A stretch of DNA of 64,000 nucleotides, taken from an uncultured Clostridia bacterium. Its GTDB lineage: Bacteria > Bacillota > Clostridia > Oscillospirales > Ruminococcaceae. This document shows, piece after piece, positions 57,032 to 64,000 of the stretch. The stretch covers positions 51,156 to 115,155 of the forward strand of contig CANRAO010000002.1 of assembly GCA_947628615.1 (NCBI GenBank), given 5' to 3'. A program made the translations under genes and the position numbers. A model generated the notes under the pieces. It ran no database searches and had not been told where the DNA came from. It saw only the letters and a program-made list of their open reading frames with translations. How positions within the stretch are numbered: position 1 is the first letter of the stretch; each line of letters begins with the position of its first letter.

Positions 57032-57952
57032 CTATCCAAGTTCAATCATTCTGTCGATACATTTTCTTGCTTTTTTCATAGTTTCCTCTTCAAGCTCAAT
57101 AACCTCTCCGCCTGTTCCTTTACAGCAATTAAGCACATCGACCAGTGTTGTAGCTTTCATATTTCTGCATATCATATTAACGCTGAGAGGATAAAATGAT
57201 TTGTCAGGACACTCAAACTGAAGCGTCTCGACAATTGCCTGCTCTGTTCCGATAATAAATTCATCAGCGTCTGAAGTCTTGGCAAAATCCATTATTCCCG
57301 ACGTTGAACCCACATAATCAGCATGCCTTACAACCTCCGGCACACATTCCGGATGAACTAATAGCTTAGCATTCGGATGCTCCGCCTTTGCTTTAAGTGC
57401 TTCGCTCTCCGTAATACTTGCATGGACCGGACAACCTCCGTGAAGAAGCTGAATATTTTTGCCCTTTACATTATTCTTTACATATGTTCCTAAATTAATA
57501 TCGGGTATAAACAAAATGTTCTCCTCATCAAGTTTATTTACTATCTTCACAGCAGACGATGACGTAACACAAACATCACAGACAGTTTTAAGATCAGTTG
57601 TTGTGTTAATATAACAAACTACACAAAGATTTCCGTTTTTCTTTTTTATGTATTCTATTTCGTCCTTTTCAAACTGTTCTGCCATTGGGCAGCCTGCATT
57701 CTTGTTAGACAAAATAACTGTCTTATCAGGAGATAACAGCTTAACAGTTTCAGCCATAAAACGCACTCCGCACATTATGACCGTCTTGTTAGGAACACTT
57801 TTAGCTTTAACGGAAAGCGCATAAGAATCCCCTACAAAATCAGCTATTTCAATTATTTCTCTGCCCTGATAGCTATGAGCAAGAATACATATATCCTTTT
57901 CCTTTTTTAGTCTAAGTATCTCATTCTGAACTTCTAATATCGTTTTTGCCAT
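57032..57952 (-). CDS. nadA: Quinolinate synthase
   Basis: MAKTILEVQNEILRLKKEKDICILAHSY.. is a NadA type-2 pattern, with conserved Cys residues. The ORF-track extension to 58051 runs into the promoter. Confidence 0.9.
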   Translation of the reverse strand: MAKTILEVQNEILRLKKEKDICILAHSYQGREIIEIADFVGDSYALSVKAKSVPNKTVIMCGVRFMAETVKLLSPDKTVILSNKNAGCPMAEQFEKDEIEYIKKKNGNLCVVCYINTTTDLKTVCDVCVTSSSAVKIVNKLDEENILFIPDINLGTYVKNNVKGKNIQLLHGGCPVHASITESEALKAKAEHPNAKLLVHPECVPEVVRHADYVGSTSGIMDFAKTSDADEFIIGTEQAIVETLQFECPDKSFYPLSVNMICRNMKATTLVDVLNCCKGTGGEVIELEEETMKKARKCIDRMIELG

Positions 57953-58010
57953 ATTATCACCATTTCTGTGTGAATAAATTATTCCTACTGTTATTGTAGG
58001 ACAGGTATTT

Positions 58011-58039
58011 ATAGTACCATAAATACAGTGAGTTGTCAA
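58011..58039 (-). promoter_or_regulatory. Sigma-A promoter of nadA (TTGACA-17-TACTAT)
   Basis: Minus strand reads TTGACAactcactgtatttatggTACTAT. The inverted repeat TCCTAC-N7-GTAGGA (57983-58001) lies just downstream. Confidence 0.6.
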
Positions 58040-58127
58040 GAATTCAGACATATTTAACTCAAGAATAAAAATTTTTTTACATATAAATTTTTGTTGTCAT
58101 ATAAATCAAAATTTTTGTAAAAAACTA

Positions 58128-58156
58128 TTGACAAGCCTTTTTACATTTGTTATAAT
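58128..58156 (+). promoter_or_regulatory. Consensus sigma-A promoter of tRNA-Lys (TTGACA-17-TATAAT)
   Basis: ttgacaagcctttttacatttgtTATAAT, 35 nt upstream of the tRNA 5' end. Confidence 0.8.
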
Positions 58157-58190
58157 TATAAAGCTGCAATTCAAAAAAAGAAATTTTTGT

Positions 58191-58266
58191 GAGTTATTAG
58201 CTCAGTTGGCAGAGCATTTGACTTTTAATCAAAGGGTCCGGGGTTCGAATCCCCGATAGCTCACCA
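58191..58266 (+). tRNA. tRNA-Lys (anticodon UUU), CCA encoded
   Basis: Manual cloverleaf: acceptor GAGTTAT/ATAGCTC, D arm GCTC..GAGC, anticodon arm TTTGA-CTTTTAA-TCAAA, T arm CGGGG-TTCGAAT-CCCCG, discriminator A, then CCA. Confidence 0.93.
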
Positions 58267-58292
58267 TCATCGGCGAGCCGCCGATGGTATTG

Positions 58293-58327
58293 CCGCCTTT
58301 GGGTAGTTTCCCGAAGGCGGTTATTTT
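58293..58327 (+). terminator. Intrinsic terminator after tRNA-Lys
   Basis: 11-bp stem ccgcctttggg/cccgaaggcgg followed by ttatttt. Confidence 0.75.
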
Positions 58328-58538
58328 GTATAACGCAAACTTATACCTATAAACAAGGTATTTAGAAACAAAAAGCTAGAAATATAAACTCAATTATAAA
58401 CATACTCTCTTGATTATGGTATCCGGTTTCTTGTACTTAAAGCTGATACAAATTCAACTCTTTTTTGCGATTTGACACAGCACATTAAAATATTATACAA
58501 TATATATAATTTATAAATTGCTGTGAAAGAGAGATTAT

Positions 58539-59399
58539 ATGGACGCTTTAAAAAAACAAATAGAAGAAAGTATAGTAAAAAAATTCAGAAAAACTATATG
58601 GAACAGATTTCTTAAAGGAGTAAAAGAATACGAATTAATAAAAGAAGGAGACAAGGTTGCTGTATGTATTTCGGGAGGCAAGGACTCAATGCTTATGGCA
58701 AAGTGTATGCAGAGACTGCAAAAGTACAGCAAGGTTCCGTTCGAGGTAGTATATCTTGTTATGAATCCCGGCTATAATGAAATCAACCGTCAGAAGATAA
58801 TAGACAATGCCGAACTGTTAGGTTTGCCTATTCAGATGTTTGAAACTAAAATTTTCAACGCTGTAGCAAAAATAGACAATAACCCCTGCTATTTATGCGC
58901 TCGTATGCGAAGAGGTTATCTCTATAAGCAGGCACAGGATATGGGCTGCAACAAAATTGCTCTAGGTCACCATTTTGATGACGTAATTGAAACAATTCTT
59001 ATGGGTATGCTTTACGGCTCTCAGTTACAGACTATGATGCCAAAGCTCCACAGTGAAAATTTTGGCGGTATGCAGTTAATCCGTCCTATGTATATGGTCA
59101 AAGAAGCAGATATTATTGCATGGACTAAATACAATAACCTGCAGTTTATTCAATGTGCCTGCCGTTTCACTGAAAATATTGCTGCTAACAATGACGGAAG
59201 TTCAAAACGTCATGAGATCAAGTGTCTGATAAATGAGCTAAGAAAGATAAACCCTACTGTTGATATAAATATCTTCCGCAGTGTTGAAAATGTAAATCTT
59301 AAAACCTTGATCTCGTATCATATTGGAGACGACTATCATCATTTTCTTGATGATTACGATGAGGGTATTAATATTAAGGGAAAGAAAACTGATTGTTGA
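58539..59399 (+). CDS. ttcA: PP-loop ATPase, TtcA-family tRNA 2-thiolation enzyme
   Basis: PP-loop SGGKDS, plus CxxC (CYLCARMRRG) and a second Cys pair (QCACRF), typical of the TtcA/TtuA Fe-S thiolase family. Confidence 0.75.
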   Translation: MDALKKQIEESIVKKFRKTIWNRFLKGVKEYELIKEGDKVAVCISGGKDSMLMAKCMQRLQKYSKVPFEVVYLVMNPGYNEINRQKIIDNAELLGLPIQMFETKIFNAVAKIDNNPCYLCARMRRGYLYKQAQDMGCNKIALGHHFDDVIETILMGMLYGSQLQTMMPKLHSENFGGMQLIRPMYMVKEADIIAWTKYNNLQFIQCACRFTENIAANNDGSSKRHEIKCLINELRKINPTVDINIFRSVENVNLKTLISYHIGDDYHHFLDDYDEGINIKGKKTDC

Positions 59400-59455
59400 T
59401 TTTGGTATAAAACTTAAATCTCAACTAAATAACTAAAGCAAGGATATGTGATAAT

Positions 59456-60190
59456 ATGCTCAATCAATTTTCAAGAACCGAACTTTTACTCGGCAAGGAA
59501 GCTATTTCAAAGCTCAGCAAAAGCCGTGTTGCAGTTTTCGGAATAGGCGGAGTCGGAGGATATGCAGTTGAGGCTCTTGCACGAAGCGGTGTGGGGACCT
59601 TAGACTTGATTGATAATGACAGAATCTGTATGACAAATCTGAACAGACAGATAATCGCCTTGCACAGTACTTTAGGAAAATATAAGGTCGACGTTGCCAA
59701 AGATCGTGTTATGGACATATGCCCTGACATTAAAGTAAATACTCACAAATGCTTTTTTATGCCCGATACAGCCGACGATTTTGACTTCTCAGAATATGAT
59801 TATGTTATTGACGCTATCGACACAGTATCAGGAAAACTGGAAATCATAAAACGTGCAAAATCAGCAGGTACGCCTGTTATTTCTGCTATGGGAGCCGGAA
59901 ACAAGCTCGACCCTACCGCTTTTCAGGTTGCCGATATTTTCGACACAAGAGTATGCCCTCTTGCCAGAGTTATGCGGTATGAACTTAAAAAAGCAGGTAT
60001 AAAAGACGTTAAGGTCGTATACTCAGAGGAAAAACCCACTCGCCCAATAAATGATACGCGAACTTCAAATAATTACTTAAACAAAAGTGATACCTCGCAT
60101 AAAGAAATTCCCGGTTCTAATGCCTTTGTGCCGTCTGCGGCAGGATTGATAATTGCAGGTGAAGTCATTAAGGACTTAATTGCATATTAA
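59456..60190 (+). CDS. tcdA: tRNA threonylcarbamoyladenosine dehydratase (ThiF/E1-like, TcdA/YrvM)
   Basis: FSRTELLLGKEA..VAVFGIGGVGGYAVEALARSG..D.D.....N.NRQ is the TcdA-type ThiF-family N-terminus. Confidence 0.8.
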   Translation: MLNQFSRTELLLGKEAISKLSKSRVAVFGIGGVGGYAVEALARSGVGTLDLIDNDRICMTNLNRQIIALHSTLGKYKVDVAKDRVMDICPDIKVNTHKCFFMPDTADDFDFSEYDYVIDAIDTVSGKLEIIKRAKSAGTPVISAMGAGNKLDPTAFQVADIFDTRVCPLARVMRYELKKAGIKDVKVVYSEEKPTRPINDTRTSNNYLNKSDTSHKEIPGSNAFVPSAAGLIIAGEVIKDLIAY

Positions 60191-60254
60191 TTTTACATTT
60201 GTAACAATTATAAAAAAGCATTGAATTATCTTTTATATGAAAGGTAGTGAAGTT

Positions 60255-61682
60255 ATGAAAGAAAAAATTTTTAGTGCTAACCCATATATGCCACTATGGG
60301 AGCATGTTCCTGATGGCGAGCCTCGCATATTTGAATACAACGGTGAAAAACGAGTGTATGTTTACGGCTCGCATGATACACTCAAAACTGCTTACTGCGG
60401 ACGTGACCAAGTCGTATGGAGTGCTCCTATCAACGATCTCACCAACTGGACTTGCCATGGTACCTGCTATACCGCCACCGATAGAAGTGTTCTTTATGCA
60501 CCTGATGTAGTCCAAAAGGGGGACACATTCTACCTATATGCTGCCGAGAACTGTGGTTCTCAAATTATGGTCGCATCTTCAAAAAACCCCGCTGGCCCGT
60601 TTGAAAACCCAGTTCCGACTAAATTAGGATTTGATCCAGGTGTTTTGGTCGATGATGACGGTCGCATTTACGCTTTCTGGGGATTTTGTGGTTCCTTCTG
60701 TGCAGAATTAGAAGAAGATATGGCAACCATAAAGCAAGAAACCTTCCGTAAAAATCCAATAGGTCACACCCCTAATACATGGCAAACCGTGAATGATGGT
60801 GCCGAGGATTTAAGAGATGCTTTCTTTGAAGCGTCCAGTCCTAGAAAGGTAATGGGCAAATATGTATACATCTATTCTAAACGATATACCACTCCGGTGC
60901 CAGAACTTGGCGTATATGAACCATGTAACGGATTTCTGTCATATAAATACAGCGATCACCCTCTGTATGGTTACAAAGATGGAGGAGATATCAGCTTTAA
61001 TGGTGGAGAAATAATACCACAGCCTGACGGAAGCGGAAAAATGACCTATCGCTGGGGTAACAACCACGGTTCTATAATTGAAATTAATGGCAAATGGTAT
61101 GTTTTCTATCATCGCCATACTGGAACAGATGAATTTTCTCGTCAGGCAATGTTAGAACCGATTGATGTTGCAATGGACAAAAGCGGAAAACTGTACATCG
61201 GAAATATTACCTATATAAACGGTGAACCTGTTAATTCTAAACCGGTTGAGATGACATCCCAAGGTGCTCATATTAACGGTATTGACGCTTTTAAGATAAT
61301 TTCTGCCGGATATTGTTGTCATTTATCTCCGCTTAATCAAGCCTATATTAAATCCGTCTACGAACATATTAGCGGAATATCTGCACCAGTTGTTAATATA
61401 AAAAATGGCACTACTGTCGGATTTCGGTACCTACAGTTCAGCTCAATATCCCCAAAAACTGCTACCATCACTTCAAATGCTACTGCACCCTTTACTGTTA
61501 ACCTGCGGCTTGACAGTTTCAAAGGGCGAATAATAGCACAGTTTGACATTTCTAAAAATGAAACCTCTTTTACCGCTTCTCTGGCAACCGGAGTTATAGG
61601 CAAACATGCAATTTACTTTGAATTTTTGAGTGAGCATAATAATGCAACGGCAGAATTTATTGATTTTACCTTTGATAAATAA
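60255..61682 (+). CDS. Glycoside hydrolase family 43-like protein (no signal peptide)
   Basis: MKEKIFSANPYMPLWEHVPDGEPRIFEYNGEKRVYVYGSHD..APDVV.KGDTFYLY is a GH43 five-bladed-propeller pattern as I recognise it. ATG at 60255 is preferred over 60237. Confidence 0.7.
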   Translation: MKEKIFSANPYMPLWEHVPDGEPRIFEYNGEKRVYVYGSHDTLKTAYCGRDQVVWSAPINDLTNWTCHGTCYTATDRSVLYAPDVVQKGDTFYLYAAENCGSQIMVASSKNPAGPFENPVPTKLGFDPGVLVDDDGRIYAFWGFCGSFCAELEEDMATIKQETFRKNPIGHTPNTWQTVNDGAEDLRDAFFEASSPRKVMGKYVYIYSKRYTTPVPELGVYEPCNGFLSYKYSDHPLYGYKDGGDISFNGGEIIPQPDGSGKMTYRWGNNHGSIIEINGKWYVFYHRHTGTDEFSRQAMLEPIDVAMDKSGKLYIGNITYINGEPVNSKPVEMTSQGAHINGIDAFKIISAGYCCHLSPLNQAYIKSVYEHISGISAPVVNIKNGTTVGFRYLQFSSISPKTATITSNATAPFTVNLRLDSFKGRIIAQFDISKNETSFTASLATGVIGKHAIYFEFLSEHNNATAEFIDFTFDK

Positions 61683-61727
61683 CTTAATAAATACATTTAG
61701 CCTTAAAAGTTCAAGTCAAAATCACCA

Positions 61728-62207
61728 TCAGCTGTTAGCCCCGATAATATGAATAACCCTCATATTATTAAAATGATAATTTATCAGCGGTTTGTTTAAA
61801 ACATCGTATGTATGAGCACAGACATAGGGATAACCGAACTTATAACCTGTAATTATACAGCTATGATAAAAGGATTCACCGTCAGAAAGCTGTATTATAT
61901 CACCAATCTGCGAGTTATGTAAATCAGATATTTCGCCAAAAGGCCCTGTGCCTTTATTTGTAGTAAGAAACCTATACAACTGTTCAACACTGGTCCAAGC
62001 GGTGGCTCTGTCAGAAAGACTATTGAAATACCAGCCCGTATCCCTCGTGTAATTCATTATACCGCAGCCTGCAAAAATGCATTGTGAAATAAAATTTGTG
62101 CAGTCTCCGCCGATGTTTTCAAAATCATAGTAATCAGGGTTTCTCCCCAATGCCCACCGTTTTGCATAATCTACAGCGGCAGACCTGTTATATTTTACTA
62201 TAGACAT
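61728..62207 (-). CDS. Putative amidase-domain protein (Amidase_6-like)
   Basis: YNRSAAVDYAKRWALGRNPDYYDF..GGDCTNFISQCIFAG..H is the Cys/His papain-like putative amidase domain pattern. ATG at 62207, after a GGTGA RBS. Confidence 0.65.
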   Translation of the reverse strand: MSIVKYNRSAAVDYAKRWALGRNPDYYDFENIGGDCTNFISQCIFAGCGIMNYTRDTGWYFNSLSDRATAWTSVEQLYRFLTTNKGTGPFGEISDLHNSQIGDIIQLSDGESFYHSCIITGYKFGYPYVCAHTYDVLNKPLINYHFNNMRVIHIIGANS

Positions 62208-62300
62208 AAAAATCACCGCTATATTATATGCTAGCAGCGGTGTTTTCGTTATTATTAATTTCTCATTTGTTAGATAAAATCAATTCCCCTCTGTTAACTT

Positions 62301-62332
62301 AAACCGCCTGAACAATAATGCTCAGGCGGTTT
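62301..62332 (-). terminator. Hairpin downstream of the LRR protein gene
   Basis: aaaccgcctga/tcaggcggttt forms an 11-bp stem. The T-run on the minus strand is weak (tttaagtt). Confidence 0.5.
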
Positions 62333-62368
62333 GCCGTTTTGGGATATATAAATTTAGAAGGATGATGT

Positions 62369-64000
62369 CTATTTTACATTGACCTTTCTAACCTTTTTGA
62401 TCCACTTACTATAAACTTTCTGCGGTTTGCCGTATGCGTCCTTGTATGTTGCATATGCCCTTACTCGTACATAGTAGGTTTTACCGCTTTTAAGTTTCTT
62501 TTTGAATGTTATTTTCTTCTTAGTAGTAAACTTATCAAACAGATTATTCTTAAAGTTCTTCTTTTTAGATACCTGAACTTGATAGCCTACAGCTTTCTTT
62601 ACCTTTTTCCAAGAAACCGTTATCTTTTTCTTGGATTTGCTTTTTGCTTTAAGATGGGTAATCTTAGCCTGTTTTACTTTATTTTCAGCATTCTTCTTAT
62701 CTTTAGCAACCTGTGACGGACTTCTGGTTGTTGCAGTAGTAGTTTTTGATGTTGACGAAGGTTTGCTGCCAGGGGCAGTAGTTGTAGTAGTTGTTTGGCT
62801 TGATGACTGAACAGGCTTTTCTTTGAGTGCGTCAATTGCATCGTTAATAGCTTTTGCGAAAGCATCAACATCACTTTGTTTTGTAATATCAAGGTCTCTT
62901 ACAACTGCGTTAATTGCATCTTTCAGTGCATTTGCTGACTCGTCAGTGTATTTGCTTAAATCTAATTTATCAGCTTTTGCAAGGGCTTCGTCAACGGAGG
63001 TGTAGTTGGCATCATATGCAACAAGATTATTAATAGCAGTTGTTATATCTTCTGTTGCCCACTTCATAGGTAATATACTTGTAGTACTTTCATTAAATTG
63101 ATTTGCTTCTTCCAATGCGTTCTTTAAAGCTTGATAACTTTCTGGTGTATAATCATTTTCGTTAAGACTTTCTGCTTTATTTAATGTGTTTTTTAGGTTG
63201 TTCCAGGTACTTGATATAGTTTCTTCTATATTAACTTTTCTATCATTTGGAATAGAAGTACTGCTATATATACTTGAATCGGTATAGCAATGGAATTTAA
63301 AGAAATCATTGCAAAGCGGGATACCACCCATGCGTGTATATGAAATGCCGTGCAAATATAGATTTTCTAAAGAGTTACAATTTGCATTCCAACTTGCGTT
63401 TAAATATCCTAAGTCTAATATTCCATCAGATAGTTCTAGTGTCTTAAGATTTTCACATCCACTAAATGAACCATCAAAATTGCTGCTTTTGTTAACTTCT
63501 TTGATTTGTACCCCGTCTTCAATATATGCTTCTTCAAGTGAGTCACAGCCAACAAAAGCATATTTCATATTTGTTACAGATGAAGGAATAGTAATCTTCT
63601 TTAAAAATGGACAATTATGAAATGAAGCATAACTAATATTCTCAATTCCATCTTCAAATATTACAGATGATAATTTTTCACAATTGTTAAATGCACCATT
63701 AACAAACGTTCCAGCTATCTTTTCTGATTCTTCAATCCCGGCTGATACGTGTGAGTCATTAATAGTTTTAGGAATAAAAATGTTTTCTACTGCCGTATCA
63801 TAAAATGCATAAGGACCAATTGCGGTTAATCCTGTTTGTAATGTTATATCCTTTAATTTTGAACATTTTGCAAATGAATATGCACCAAAGTCTTTTATAG
63901 TTTTTGGAATTTCTACACTTTCTAAAGATGTACAACCGTAAAACGCAAAATTGCCTATAGCAGTCATGTTGTTAGATAAGGTAAGTTCTTTTAGAGATGT
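62369..64000 (-). CDS. BspA-type leucine-rich-repeat surface protein with FIVAR-like helices, T/S linker and Lys-rich FN3-like C-terminal module; N-terminus lies outside the window
   Basis: The reading frame stays open to the window edge (..TSLKELTLSNNMTAIGNFAFYGC..). LRR_5 repeats (AFYGCTSLESVEIP, SFAKCSKLKDITL). YTPESYQALKNALEEA. The tail ends GYQVQVS..YYVRVRAYATYKD..KVNVK. Confidence 0.85.
   Translation of the reverse strand, partial: TSLKELTLSNNMTAIGNFAFYGCTSLESVEIPKTIKDFGAYSFAKCSKLKDITLQTGLTAIGPYAFYDTAVENIFIPKTINDSHVSAGIEESEKIAGTFVNGAFNNCEKLSSVIFEDGIENISYASFHNCPFLKKITIPSSVTNMKYAFVGCDSLEEAYIEDGVQIKEVNKSSNFDGSFSGCENLKTLELSDGILDLGYLNASWNANCNSLENLYLHGISYTRMGGIPLCNDFFKFHCYTDSSIYSSTSIPNDRKVNIEETISSTWNNLKNTLNKAESLNENDYTPESYQALKNALEEANQFNESTTSILPMKWATEDITTAINNLVAYDANYTSVDEALAKADKLDLSKYTDESANALKDAINAVVRDLDITKQSDVDAFAKAINDAIDALKEKPVQSSSQTTTTTTAPGSKPSSTSKTTTATTRSPSQVAKDKKNAENKVKQAKITHLKAKSKSKKKITVSWKKVKKAVGYQVQVSKKKNFKNNLFDKFTTKKKITFKKKLKSGKTYYVRVRAYATYKDAYGKPQKVYSKWIKKVRKVNVK

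Noticed and set aside
62341-62361. Shared 3'-UTR motif ggg(c)atatat..atttagaagg just downstream of the stops of the LRR gene at 62369 and of adhesins A/B (6095-6120, 12165-12190).
   Set aside because: Only a ~10-mer plus a few flanking bases are shared with the third gene. A chance match in AT-rich DNA cannot be excluded without more copies.
1-64000. Scan for CRISPR arrays, rRNA genes, transposases or integrases, group II intron or retron reverse transcriptases, and recognisable riboswitches.
   Set aside because: I found none. The only regularly spaced repeats are coding ones. The only stable RNA I could fold is tRNA-Lys at 58191-58266. The only leader with a recognisable identity is the L20-type leader of infC.

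Overview
Low-GC Firmicutes/Clostridia chromosome from a spore-former (cwlD, dpaAB and a CotH-like gene are present), probably a fibre-associated Ruminococcus/Oscillospiraceae-like organism. About 16.6-60.2 kb is ordinary, mostly minus-strand core genome: rpsU, leuS, rsfS-yqeK-nadD-yhbY, rdgB, ftsY, smc, rnc, plsX, trmFO, topA, dprA, the infC-rpmI-rplT operon with an L20-type leader, addAB, pyrKD, an ABC-F protein, rpe, dpaAB, nadA, one tRNA-Lys(UUU), and a ttcA-like/tcdA pair. The interesting part is an accessory surface-protein island at about 2.6-16.5 kb. It holds a secreted CotH-like protein and two LRR/FIVAR adhesin paralogues whose 3' ~1.6 kb read as identical, forming 2.1-kb direct repeats with a 6,074-bp period. 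These repeats bracket a GH5 endoglucanase and an orphan LytTR regulator with a pseudo-receiver domain. An isolated XRE/XRE/ImmA module follows. Four exported proteins (three in the island, one at 62.4 kb) end in the same extremely Lys-rich FN3-like C-terminal module. None has LPXTG, SLH, dockerin or a C-terminal TM anchor, so I think this module is an unrecognised surface-anchoring or sorting domain. It is the best candidate for something new. Other observations are a ~120-nt intergenic repeat present twice in inverted, circularly permuted form, candidate LytTR boxes upstream of GH5, and several operator-like palindromes. I saw no CRISPR array, transposase, integrase or rRNA. All calls rest on reading translations and motifs by eye; no database search was possible.
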